A stretch of DNA of 20,000 nucleotides from an uncultured virus (IMG/VR IMGVR_UViG_3300042691_014085) (taxonomy: Duplodnaviria; Heunggongvirae; Uroviricota; Caudoviricetes), in IMG/VR virus record IMGVR_UViG_3300042691_014085, positions 55,970 to 75,969 of that record; one strand, given 5' to 3'. Below are positions 5,888 to 16,800 of the stretch, one piece after another. A program made the translations under genes and the position numbers. Below the pieces are notes generated by a model that worked only from the letters and a program-made list of their open reading frames with translations, made no database searches and was not told where the DNA came from. Each line of letters begins with the position of its first letter. Positions within the stretch are counted from its first letter, which is position 1.

Positions 5888-8224
5888 TTATTCCTGAATC
5901 ATTAGTATATCACCAGCCTTGACGCTGCGTGATGTACCATTGCTATCTGTAATTGTTCCTGTTTTTGTTGTATTGTTCCATCCCGTAGGATTTGTTGGTG
6001 TTGTGCTTCCAGTAATCGTGGAAAGATAAATAAACCTTCTGCCCTGAACAAGTTTATCATCTGATGTTCTTTTTGTAATAGTTGGATCTCCTGCCCAACT
6101 GTCATCATCCGATGTTGGCATTTGTACCATATAGAAACTAGCGTTACCATTGAACAAGTCTATTATTACGGAATCATGAGTGCCGTTTAAAATACCTCCA
6201 CCAATGCTAAACTCTGCATTTGAATACCAATAATTTGCAGAGTTTATATATAATCCATCTTCGCCATTAGCACCAACACTGGTTCCAAACTTCATCTCTG
6301 CCCCACCCTGAGATGCCCCAGTAGTTAATCTACCTTGCAATATGGCTCCATTTGCATTTAATATACCGTTTGCGGTAACATAAAATGCTGCTGCGGTACT
6401 TCTTGCTCCACCTGCCCAAAATACAATATCAGATGTAGAATTTGTATTGGGTGTTGCTATACCTGCTGTATAGTTAACGCTTGTTAATCTTATTTGTGCA
6501 TTTGTAGAATCAAGAGTAACCACACCACTACCGCTTGTATTTGTTATTGTATTAGCAGTTACATCCCATCCACCAATATTGGCAGATTTTGTAGTCAAAA
6601 GACCTGTTGACCCATTAATAGTTGTTATGCCATTTACAGAAGAAGAATTAAAAGTTAAACCACTAGTATTTAAAATAAATCCAGCACCAGATAAACTTCC
6701 AGCAATAACATTTCCAGAGTATAATGATCCACCAGACTTTATTTCAACATTGCCATCAAATTGACCCTTTTGTGCTCTAAGGTCACCTTGAATAATAAAT
6801 GTTGTTCCATCCCATTGTATATAGTTATTTGTATCTCCGCCTAGTTTAAATAATGCTGATTGTGCTGAATCTATGTACCAGTAGTTATTTGAATTAAATA
6901 CTAGTCCTCGTTTTGTTCCACCGCTGTCCTGTACTCCGTATCCAAACTTAAATGTTCCAGTATCTCCAGTAGCTGAGGCTCCAAAATAGCCGACAGTTGT
7001 TACATTTTTTCCTATGAAAGGAGTTCCATTTGCTATTGCTGTTCCTATAGAGGTGTAGGCAGAAGATGTATTATTAAATTCATCATATGAAGCAATTCCT
7101 ATTTGATATGTTGTTCCTATAGATAAGCCGTTTAATCTAAAAGATGTTCCAGTTCCTGGTGAATCTACATACGAATATGGATTACTAGTTCCGTCTTCTC
7201 TAAATCTAATCCTATATCCTTTTAAGGTGGCATCGGATACCGCTGACCAGGATATGTCAACGTAGGCATTAAATCCAATAGTAGCGCCAGTGGAATTATC
7301 AATACCAGCGGTTACTGATCCTGAAGCTGGAGCATCTGGTGGAATGTTGTCTGCACTAACTGGATTAGTAGGTGTTACTTTGTATGCTGTTGAATATGGT
7401 CCATATGTACCAGCTTTATCTGTAAATCTTGCTCTAACCCATCTTGCCTCTAGTGTTGGAGTTGTGATTACTGCTGGTTTTATACTATTTAAATATGCCT
7501 GCTCATATCCAGCTGCTGGATCAGTTGATGCATTAGATATAACCTCTTCTACTGATATATAATTATATAACTCTACAATTGGATTCCAATCTACAGAATA
7601 TCCTTGCGCTATTGATGTAACAGTAATGCTTGGTGCTGGCAAATCATTTTCATATGATGGAATAACGGTTAGCGTTGCTTCTGGCCCAACATTACCACTT
7701 TTATCACGAGATCTTACTTTAAATTCAGTAAATGTTGTTTGAAAAATACCAAAAAACTTTATATTGTCTGAATAATAAAATATAAGTTCTTGTGCGTCAG
7801 AAGTTTTATTTAATTTTGTAAAAGATATTGGAGGAGTTATTCCAGATCCAGTATTTAGAGTATATATAAAAGCATCAACATCATCATTGTCTGGACTTGT
7901 TAAATCTATATCAAATGAAAAAACTAATGCTGGCTCTCCAGATATTGTTTGCCATTCAGCAGATAAATTACTTATATCTGTTGGAGTTTTTCCTTCTGAT
8001 GCTTTTGGGTTAGATGCAGAGGATGGATATCTTTTAGGACTAGCAGATGCTGCAGATCCAACTAATAATCCAGCATTACCTGGATTAACAATAACAATTT
8101 CTGCACCTGCCCTTGAAGCTGATATGCCTGCTTCAAATCCCTCTACTCTTGGATCATCTGCATCAAGATATAACGTCTGTCTTTTACCAACAGTAAATGG
8201 AGAGTTATATTTTGCTTTTGCCAT
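5888..8224 (-). CDS. Tail fibre/minor tail protein with fibronectin type III domains, 778 aa
   Basis: FN3 signature VDISWSAV...GYRIRFR...LNGLSIGTTYQIGIASYD. The Gly-rich beta C-terminal half includes SANIGGWDV. Located in the tail module. Confidence 0.8.
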   Translation of the reverse strand: MAKAKYNSPFTVGKRQTLYLDADDPRVEGFEAGISASRAGAEIVIVNPGNAGLLVGSAASASPKRYPSSASNPKASEGKTPTDISNLSAEWQTISGEPALVFSFDIDLTSPDNDDVDAFIYTLNTGSGITPPISFTKLNKTSDAQELIFYYSDNIKFFGIFQTTFTEFKVRSRDKSGNVGPEATLTVIPSYENDLPAPSITVTSIAQGYSVDWNPIVELYNYISVEEVISNASTDPAAGYEQAYLNSIKPAVITTPTLEARWVRARFTDKAGTYGPYSTAYKVTPTNPVSADNIPPDAPASGSVTAGIDNSTGATIGFNAYVDISWSAVSDATLKGYRIRFREDGTSNPYSYVDSPGTGTSFRLNGLSIGTTYQIGIASYDEFNNTSSAYTSIGTAIANGTPFIGKNVTTVGYFGASATGDTGTFKFGYGVQDSGGTKRGLVFNSNNYWYIDSAQSALFKLGGDTNNYIQWDGTTFIIQGDLRAQKGQFDGNVEIKSGGSLYSGNVIAGSLSGAGFILNTSGLTFNSSSVNGITTINGSTGLLTTKSANIGGWDVTANTITNTSGSGVVTLDSTNAQIRLTSVNYTAGIATPNTNSTSDIVFWAGGARSTAAAFYVTANGILNANGAILQGRLTTGASQGGAEMKFGTSVGANGEDGLYINSANYWYSNAEFSIGGGILNGTHDSVIIDLFNGNASFYMVQMPTSDDDSWAGDPTITKRTSDDKLVQGRRFIYLSTITGSTTPTNPTGWNNTTKTGTITDSNGTSRSVKAGDILMIQE

Positions 8225-8236
8225 TGTCCTGTTCCG

Positions 8237-8722
8237 TTATCTTGGACCGATAGCAATCCATTTTACAAGAATATCCTCATCAAGAACTTGTGTTCCTTGT
8301 GCTCCAGCTCTCATAAGTCTAATTGTAAATCCACCAGTTGTTACATCATGAACAGAGACAACGAAATCTAACTGTGTATTAGAAGCGTGATCTGAATTAT
8401 CTACAGTAGCAACAACAAATGGTGGCTGAGAAAAAGATGTGCCAGCACTAAATGTTACGCTTCTTGCATAAAACTTTTTGCCATTTGGTGTGGTATCTTC
8501 GTCATCATCTCGTATTTTTCTTTTACCATATTTAATTGTGGTAGTTGCAAGATCATTTACTGCATCAACTTCATCCCCATCTGTCCAGTCAGGGGTATAG
8601 GCTACACCAAGCTTGTTAATAAGAACATTTAAATAATCACTATGTTGATTAACAACATTAATAATTTGTTGAACTCCTGCCAAATCTATAATAGCTGGAT
8701 CTGAGATTTTTACATATGCCAT
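8237..8722 (-). CDS. Minor tail protein with C-terminal H-type-lectin/gp53-like domain, 161 aa
   Basis: Pattern VTF..FSQPPFVVATV...VHDVTTGGFTIRL...VKWIAIG. AAGGAG RBS. Confidence 0.75.
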   Translation of the reverse strand: MAYVKISDPAIIDLAGVQQIINVVNQHSDYLNVLINKLGVAYTPDWTDGDEVDAVNDLATTTIKYGKRKIRDDDEDTTPNGKKFYARSVTFSAGTSFSQPPFVVATVDNSDHASNTQLDFVVSVHDVTTGGFTIRLMRAGAQGTQVLDEDILVKWIAIGPR

Positions 8723-8741
8723 TTATTCTCCTTTATACATA

Positions 8742-8750
8742 ATTATATCA
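8742..8750 (-). promoter_or_regulatory. Extended -10 promoter TGATATAAT
   Basis: Perfect TGnTATAAT in the 39-nt intergenic gap, upstream of the AAGGAG RBS. No recognisable -35. Confidence 0.55.
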
Positions 8751-8761
8751 TTAGGCCAAGC

Positions 8762-11700
8762 CTAAACACTCACACCTTTATCAACAGTATTTAAGACAAT
8801 AGTAGTGTTTAAACCACCATCAAAGCTATGAGATACAGAATGAACTAGATATTTTTGATCACTAATACCGCTTAAATTATAGCTAAGTTGAACAACATCT
8901 CCAACCTGAATTAAGGGATTTCCAAAAATGCTTACAGTTATGTCTTGTGAAAAAATATCAATTGATCTTGCTATCATATTAACTAGTTTATTTGCAGATT
9001 CTTTTGACTGAATCCAATTTGAGTCTAGTTGAATTGTTTCAGATATGTTTGCTGGATCTAATACCTTTTCTATAATTTCTGGGTCAGATGGTGCAATAAC
9101 TTCTTGTGTCCAAAGATTAAGCACTGAGGTTCCCTGAATAGTTTCTGTAGGGTCTTTCTTCAAATATACCATATGGGTTGAATTGTTTGCAATCGCAAAC
9201 TTTGCTCTAAATCCAGTATTCATAATAGTAGAATATGACAAAGCATATTCATCAACTTTCTTTTTTTGAACATATTGTTGGTCAACGATTTCTGTTCCAG
9301 GTATGTACTTTAATAGATACTTGATGGGCCAAACATCTACAGAAACCGCAGCAGGGCTTGTGTATTGAATATCGTATGAATTAATTCCAACTATCTCTGG
9401 TTTAGTTTGCATCATGTAGGACTTAGATCTAGAAAATATATTTTGTCCTTGTACCATGCCATTTAAAAATTCTCTATCTTGAAAATAATAATTAACGCTT
9501 CTTTCTTTTAAGCTTTTGTGCGTTGCGTATATTTCTCTAATTGATCCTGCAACAGTTCCAGATTGAGATGGGTATGTTATACCGTCTATAAATACTGGGT
9601 CTGTTGATATAAATCCACCAAAAATATTTCCTGAAGATAGATCTGTTTCAAAACTAATCTTTTTAGGTAATCCAGTTTCTGGATTTAAATCTATTGGGAT
9701 CCAGGTAACTCCAACACCAGCAACTGGAACTTCCCAGTTTCCAATTTCAATGTTATTTAAAAATATTGATAATAGATTTGTTGTGCCTTCTTCAACCTCT
9801 CCATCACCCTCATTAGATTTATATGTTGTAGCTCTTAGGTTAAACGATGAATATCTTGGATCTGAAACTGCTGTATATGATACTCCAGCCTCCGTTACTT
9901 CTTTTTCTAAAACCTTTTCAAAATTATTAATAATTGATAAGGCCTCAGTTGTAACATCTGCATATGCAATAACATTATTTTGCTCAGCAACTACATTATA
10001 TACAACAATAAGATATTTATATACTGGTGGATTGTTCCACGTTACCCCATCTTTTTGCAAAGTATTATATCTAACAAGTTCTATAAAAAATGTACCATTA
10101 AAGGCATTTGATTGCCCAACACCAGCATTAAAGAATAATCCTCCAGATACTAGTTCTAAATTATTTTCAAAGTTAAACTTTGTAGAATATGTTTTATAAT
10201 ATTCTGTTCCAGATTCTGTAATGACAGTGCTTCTTTCAGTTGTAGGATAAAATATTACCTTACCAGAATTTGTTGTTGTTGCCTTAAATTGATTATCTGT
10301 AGCAGCACTATATGTTCCGTCTCCAACAATTTCATATATATTAGATATATTTTTACAAGTAATTGCTTTACTAGAAGCATTGGCAGATGTTAAAACTGTA
10401 TGTGGAGCGACCTTAGTTCCAAACATTCCACGTTGGATATTGGTAATACGTCCAGTGAAATCTGTTAGCGCATTATATTCAAACTTTTCTGTTCCATCAC
10501 TTGTCTTTAATCCAACTAAATATTTTTTAGTAAAGCGATTGCGTTCTCCCTGAAACTCAATTTCATTTTTTACCGACACTGTAGAAGAATTAACTTCATC
10601 ACTAAACTCAAATTCTTTATACATAAAAGATACTATTTCATTTTCTATAAATGCATATCCGTTTGTATTAATACTAAATGTGTGGAATATATCAAGTGGA
10701 TCATTCTTATCAATAACAAAATAACTTTGTGTATCATTCATATCTTCATTTAAATAGTTCATTCCAACAGAGTCTGAGTTTTGTTGTGCCCAAACAATTT
10801 CATTACCAGTTGTATATATAAATGATGGAGAGTTTGGATCTATCTCAAGTGTATTTAAAGATGCGGAATTTTTAATTTTAGGAGATTGATACCTTAATGA
10901 TATTTTTCCTGGTTTAGCTTTGTTTGTTACGGAATATCCACTATCTGCGATATTGCTTTCATTAATAATAATGTTTGCTGTTTTATTTCCAACAATATCT
11001 GCAAGATTTAAAAATTTCATGACTCCAAACTCATCAATGAATGCACCAATCTGATATGGAAGAAATATTTGGTTTAAAGCATCTATGATTGTTGTATCTT
11101 GAGAATTTACATAAAAGTATGCAAGGTCTAATGGAACATTTTTATTGTTGCAAACATCATACAAAGAGTTATAATCATAATCGGTAAATCCAGAAAGATC
11201 TAGCATATTTGATATAACATCTATTACGCTTCTCAAGCTTGATACATAATCCGCTACCTGAGTTGATTGTAAATATCTACCCACGTCAAATGCCTGAATT
11301 GATACTTCAGTTACATCAGTTTCATCCCAGCTATCAGAATAAAATATACCACCTGGAATTAAAGTATCTGGTGATACCAGCGATCTTGTGGAGTTGTCAA
11401 AGTAATCTTCTAAATAATAATTAATGTAAAATTTTATATTCTTTTTAAACATGCCCCTTAGCATATTATTAGCCCTATTGCTTTGACTAGAAAATACGGG
11501 CACTAATGATGATATTGTTCCAAGCGGTATGCCAGATAAAACAATTGATGCATCATCAGAGTTAATTGATGAAATTGGAAGATACGTATCTTTTGCATCT
11601 AAAGATTTTTTAACAGAAAAACTTAAAATATAATCTGATAAGTCAACTTCAATTCTGGGGGATAGTTCAACTATCTGCATTCTTGTTATGTCAGAATCTA

Positions 11701-12898
11701 AAGATTCAGACTCGTAAGCTGAGAAAGCTGATCTTGCAGTATTAGATGTTTGTGTAACACGAATTTTATTAAGTGTTGTTATTTTATCAATATCGCCAGA
11801 GGAATTAAATGTTGGCATAGAGGACCATCTTGTTCTGGTCCATGCAGATCCAGTCCAATATAATACCAGTACGCCTGCATCTTCTCTGATACCGTTATTT
11901 TCTTTACCAGCATTTGTATTTAAGTTAATTGATGTTGATCCATCTACATTTATGATTGTTCCATCAATGTATATATTAATTGTTGGAACAGCCATCAAAG
12001 TATTAAATTTAATAACTAACTTATTTGTGTATATGCCAGCCTTGTCGTATAGACCTGTTATTGATTTATTAGAAGTGTCTGAAACAAAATATTTATACTG
12101 ATTCATATCGCTTAGTAATCCATTTTTATAAAACGGAACTGGTGGAGCAACATTGACAGTTTTAGGATTTTGTATAATTGGGCTTACTGGCATATATACA
12201 TCTGAGGCATATCCATCAATAAGATTTTTAGTTACCTGTCTAAAGTTATTTGGAAAAGAAAACTTTGAGCTTCCAGTATTAACGTATGATTCCCCTGGTC
12301 TAAAGTTTGTAAAAATAGAGTCTGTTGGCCATACAGAATTGTATTGATAGTTAAAATAACTTACAGCATATACTTCTGGAACTGTAAAAAATACTTCTGG
12401 AAGATCATCGTCAGTACTAAATCTATTAAAAGAAAATGTATACGTAAAACTAGATATAGTATCTGATGACGAAGATCCTCCAATAAATGTTTCAACCTTA
12501 GTCCATCCAAAAGAATTAATTTCTACGCTAGAGGAGCCAAACTGACTAAAAGATCCTTTTGCCAATATGTTTGCAATGATTGGATAGTTTTCGTTTGTTT
12601 TAATATAAGTAATAACTTTAAATGCACTGCTTGATGATGTAGGAGTAACGGTATACGTAACAGTATCTTCATCTGCTGTCATTACATATTTTTTTGTTGT
12701 AAACCCTGGTTTTGCATCTGCCCCAGTAATATTAACAAGAGTTGCAGATGTAGTTAAATTAGTATTTAAGGTTCCATCTCCAGCAACTGTTGCATACGGT
12801 GGATTAAAAACATTTTGATTCCATTCAGCAGACACCACTGGTGTCATTTTAATAGAATTAGAATCAGTAAAAATTGATGAACTAACAGTGCTAAGCAT
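8762..12898 (-). CDS. Large baseplate hub / Tal-like minor tail protein, 1378 aa
   Basis: Second gene after the TMP. Hub-like segments IGAFIDEFGVMKF and C-terminal WIQS...GNPLIQVGDVVQL...YLVHSVSHSF. TAATG coupling. Confidence 0.75.
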   Translation of the reverse strand: MLSTVSSSIFTDSNSIKMTPVVSAEWNQNVFNPPYATVAGDGTLNTNLTTSATLVNITGADAKPGFTTKKYVMTADEDTVTYTVTPTSSSSAFKVITYIKTNENYPIIANILAKGSFSQFGSSSVEINSFGWTKVETFIGGSSSSDTISSFTYTFSFNRFSTDDDLPEVFFTVPEVYAVSYFNYQYNSVWPTDSIFTNFRPGESYVNTGSSKFSFPNNFRQVTKNLIDGYASDVYMPVSPIIQNPKTVNVAPPVPFYKNGLLSDMNQYKYFVSDTSNKSITGLYDKAGIYTNKLVIKFNTLMAVPTINIYIDGTIINVDGSTSINLNTNAGKENNGIREDAGVLVLYWTGSAWTRTRWSSMPTFNSSGDIDKITTLNKIRVTQTSNTARSAFSAYESESLDSDITRMQIVELSPRIEVDLSDYILSFSVKKSLDAKDTYLPISSINSDDASIVLSGIPLGTISSLVPVFSSQSNRANNMLRGMFKKNIKFYINYYLEDYFDNSTRSLVSPDTLIPGGIFYSDSWDETDVTEVSIQAFDVGRYLQSTQVADYVSSLRSVIDVISNMLDLSGFTDYDYNSLYDVCNNKNVPLDLAYFYVNSQDTTIIDALNQIFLPYQIGAFIDEFGVMKFLNLADIVGNKTANIIINESNIADSGYSVTNKAKPGKISLRYQSPKIKNSASLNTLEIDPNSPSFIYTTGNEIVWAQQNSDSVGMNYLNEDMNDTQSYFVIDKNDPLDIFHTFSINTNGYAFIENEIVSFMYKEFEFSDEVNSSTVSVKNEIEFQGERNRFTKKYLVGLKTSDGTEKFEYNALTDFTGRITNIQRGMFGTKVAPHTVLTSANASSKAITCKNISNIYEIVGDGTYSAATDNQFKATTTNSGKVIFYPTTERSTVITESGTEYYKTYSTKFNFENNLELVSGGLFFNAGVGQSNAFNGTFFIELVRYNTLQKDGVTWNNPPVYKYLIVVYNVVAEQNNVIAYADVTTEALSIINNFEKVLEKEVTEAGVSYTAVSDPRYSSFNLRATTYKSNEGDGEVEEGTTNLLSIFLNNIEIGNWEVPVAGVGVTWIPIDLNPETGLPKKISFETDLSSGNIFGGFISTDPVFIDGITYPSQSGTVAGSIREIYATHKSLKERSVNYYFQDREFLNGMVQGQNIFSRSKSYMMQTKPEIVGINSYDIQYTSPAAVSVDVWPIKYLLKYIPGTEIVDQQYVQKKKVDEYALSYSTIMNTGFRAKFAIANNSTHMVYLKKDPTETIQGTSVLNLWTQEVIAPSDPEIIEKVLDPANISETIQLDSNWIQSKESANKLVNMIARSIDIFSQDITVSIFGNPLIQVGDVVQLSYNLSGISDQKYLVHSVSHSFDGGLNTTIVLNTVDKGVSV

Positions 12899-13827
12899 TA
12901 GATCTCCGTAAACTCTAGAGTCATATCTACATAGTCTGTCGTTCTTGTTCTCTTTCTAATTGATTTAGAAAACCCTGTAATAAAGGCTTGATAAATCTTT
13001 TCTCCAGTTAATGCCGATGTATGTGCGCTATCCGATGGCATAGATCCACTTGATGGAGTAGTATAATCAGCAGAAGTTACTTTTACATAGATAGGAATAT
13101 TATGATTTGCATTATAAAATGCATTAATCCATCCCGCACCATATTTTCCATCTATCGTTGTTATAGAAACTTTGGTCACATCTTGTGCAAAACCAGTTCC
13201 AGTTGATACCCCTGTTGCTGCTGAAGGTTTTGGAACTATAAACGTTGTTGATGTTACGCTAGATGGTGTTACACCAGATATATTAAATGGACTTGGAGAT
13301 AAGCCAGAAACAACGATTGATGAAGATGTTGTAAAATTATGAGCTGCAGAGGTTACAAAAACAATAGTATTTCCAACAACAGTTCCTGACTGTATTTGTG
13401 CCGTATGGTTTGTATGTGATGTTGGAACAAGATCCCAGGATACTGAAACAATATCTTTTTTACTAACAACAAACTTTCTTAAAGTTCCATTTGCCATTCG
13501 TGATTCTTTTTCAATAACTATGGGATTAATATTAATTTCATTTCTATTATGATCAGTTAAATGATACCAGTTCGTACTAAATGTAAGTGTTCCAGATATC
13601 TGCGATGTTGCTGCTGGAGAAAATGTTATTGTTGTTCCTGCAATATTAGTAACTACTGAATTTGCGGCTAGTCCAGTTCCAGCAATTTTTTGACCAATTT
13701 TTATATTAGAGTTTGCTGCAGATATAACAACAGTGGTTGCTGCTCCAGCTCCGCCAGACGCATATGTTGCAGTTGTTGGAGTATTATTAAGAGATACAGC
13801 AATTCCAGAATTTAATAAAAATGCCAT
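12898..13827 (-). CDS. Distal tail (Dit)-like protein with two inserted beta domains, 309 aa
   Basis: Directly after the TMP. Core motifs LTDHNR...RMANGTLRKFVV..K...SW and C-terminal MTLEFTEI. Two S/T/G/A-rich inserts. Confidence 0.7.
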   Translation of the reverse strand: MAFLLNSGIAVSLNNTPTTATYASGGAGAATTVVISAANSNIKIGQKIAGTGLAANSVVTNIAGTTITFSPAATSQISGTLTFSTNWYHLTDHNRNEININPIVIEKESRMANGTLRKFVVSKKDIVSVSWDLVPTSHTNHTAQIQSGTVVGNTIVFVTSAAHNFTTSSSIVVSGLSPSPFNISGVTPSSVTSTTFIVPKPSAATGVSTGTGFAQDVTKVSITTIDGKYGAGWINAFYNANHNIPIYVKVTSADYTTPSSGSMPSDSAHTSALTGEKIYQAFITGFSKSIRKRTRTTDYVDMTLEFTEI

Positions 13828-16800
13828 TATCGTGGTGTTCCTAACGACGTTACGCCATTACTCTTATTATTTTTGCTACTAATTGTTTTAATCTTAGCAA
13901 TCACCTTGGTTGCGATTTCTTCTGGATTTCCACCTGAAACATTCATTGTTACATTATACACTGCTCCGCCTGCCATTTGTGTTGTAGCAGTTTCCTGAGC
14001 AATACCCTTGGCTGCAAAACCAACTGCTGGCGTTGTTGGCATAGGAGCAATACTCTGATAATTTCCAGATTTTATTTTTCCTAAAAACTTTTTATCTGCA
14101 GTAGTTATTGTTTTAGAATCTTCTATTTTTGCTTTTCTATCTTCAACAGCACCTATCAATTTGTCCATTTGAATAACTTTGCTCTCACTGGCAAATTTAG
14201 CACCCTCCATCATTGATTCCTGCTGTAATGCGGCAGCAGCTAAGTAATCACCTGTCATTTTCGCTTTTGCAGCCTGATTAAGAAGATCCATTTGTTTCAT
14301 TTGATATTGGTTTTGACGATTTAATTCATCATTAACTTCCTTAAGTGCATCTCTTTTTTTCTTTAATCTTTCTAATTCTTTATCATAAGCCTTTGTAAGA
14401 TTATCAATACCAGATGCAGCCTTATTAGCACCTTTACCAGTATCTGTATCAAGAGGTCCTGTTTGGTTAACTCCAAGAGCATCCTTTTCCATTTTTTTTG
14501 CATTTGCTAAAGCAAGTTCCATTTCTCCTTTTCTTCGTAATAATGCTCCTCTTTCACCACCATAATAAGCTGCGCCTTCTAGTTCTTTATTTATTCTATC
14601 TAGTTCTGCTTGAGCTTGGCCAGCAGTCATATTACCTTTAGCCCCTTGACTTAAATCTGAGTTTAATATAAAGTTAATTGCTGCATCGGCAGTCATTCCA
14701 TCTATGGCTTTTAGTACTTCTGGAATTCTAGCAACATCAAGAATTGTTAAACTTCCTTTTGCATACCCCATCATAATATCAATTTGAGCTGCACCATCAA
14801 GCTCTTTCATAGATTTTGTTATTCTCTTAAATAGCTCTGGATTAGTTTTCTTTAAAGCAGAAAATGCCTCTTCTCCCATACCCTTAAGGGCATCTGCAGC
14901 TAATGTACCTTCTGGATCAATCTTATTTAATTCATTAATAAGACTCTTGCTACTTTCTGTCAACAAATCAAAATTTGACAGTGAGGTTGCAAGGCCAGCG
15001 TCATACTGTTCCCTAGTAATTAATCCATCGGCATACTGTTGATTAAGAAGTGCCAAAGATTCTTTTTGTTGTGTAAATGCTATAGACAATTGCATTGTTG
15101 CAGATGAAACAGACCCTTGAATATCTTTGTATGCCTTAAGTGTGTCAATTTCATAACCATACCCCATAATATTTCTTGCACCTTGTTTAAGTGCACCCAT
15201 TACCTCACTGCCAAAACCACCAGAATACGATTCATTAATTCCTTGTTGATATCCAGCTGCTTGTTTTAATTCTTGGAATGTCATGGTGGTCATCGCATCG
15301 GAGAAACTTTCTCCTCTAGACATTCTCTTACCAGTATCTATAGCTCTTCTAAATAATCCAACCCCTCCTACTGCCATATCTCCAGAAAGTGGATTTATAT
15401 TTAATTTTGGAAGCTTAATCTTAGATAGTTCTAAAATATCTTTTTGAATTGCTTGTATATTTTGTTTTGAGCTTTCCTGTAAGAAGTTCATTCTTGCTTC
15501 TACCGTTAGAGGCTCTTTTGTAATATCCTCTCCATTTGGAGCAAGAATCTGTTGTACCTTTGCTCTCAACTCTACTTGATCTGCACCAATAAGATCTGAA
15601 GCAGCTTTAATATTTGCTGCAATATCTTGTGGAGATAAACCAAAAATAGCTGCTCTTTGTGCAACATCCATAGCCGCTGCCTGCATTCCAACATCTGTTC
15701 CTCTTACTGCAGCTTCGTTTATTATTGCTGTAGATGTATTGCCTTCTTGCTTATAAAAATCTGCAAATCTTTCTACTGCTTGACCACTTGCAGATATAAG
15801 TTGACGATTATTTCTACTAAATTCTCTTGCACTAGGAAGTGCTCTTCCAGTAAACTCTGCGTACTCTTGTATAGATTTTGCACTACCTACACGAGCTTGT
15901 ACTTCTAAATCTGCAGCCTTTTTAAGTTCATCAGCAGATTTTTTAGCTGATTGATTTAACATAAATAAGCCTACACCAAGCGCTACTACTGCAGCGCCAA
16001 TGCCACCTATTGCTCCAGCAAGCATTGCAAATGCCTGTAACGCAAATACAGCAGGCATGATGGCATTAGCAAGTTGACCAATTTTTCCAGGAAGCATAGA
16101 TAATGCAAATACTAATGCAGATACTCCCATACCAGCACCCATTGCATTGCCACGCATTGATGTAACTCTTTTACCTACTGCACCACGAGCCTTTGCAAAT
16201 CTTTTTGTTTTTTGTTTCTGTCCTTCTTGAGTATCTTTTAATACTTTACCAGGGGCTTGTGAATCAGGAACTGTTTTGGGAAAGTAAGTACCAGTTCTTG
16301 GATCAATTAATCCTCCAGGCGCTGCGCCAGTCCTTCTTTGACTTGGAATTATTAATGGAACATTTGGTCCAGGAATTGTTCTTGGTGTCCCTGGAATAAT
16401 AAGTCCTTTTTGAGTTCCAGTTTGTCCTGGAAGTATAAGTCCACTAGATGATTTTTGTTGCTGTCCAGGAAGTATTAAGCCACTTGATGTTTTTGATTCT
16501 TGTCCAGGAAGTATTATTTTTCCACCTGGCAAAGGCTGAACTCCAGGCAAAATAAGAGGACTTGCCATCTTTCCAATTTGAGGACCAGTTAATTTTTTAT
16601 TTGTTGCAATATCTCGTTGTGTTATTGGTTTTCCAGTTGTTGGGCTTTTCATTGTGGATGCAGTTTTTGATAATCTGTCAGCCACTGCCCTAGTCTCATC
16701 TATTTGGTTCATCATTCCAACCTGAAGACCACGAGCAATATCTTCTCCAATTGGAATAGTTTTCCTTGATGGAGATGCAGTTCCTGCACCTGTTGCAGCT

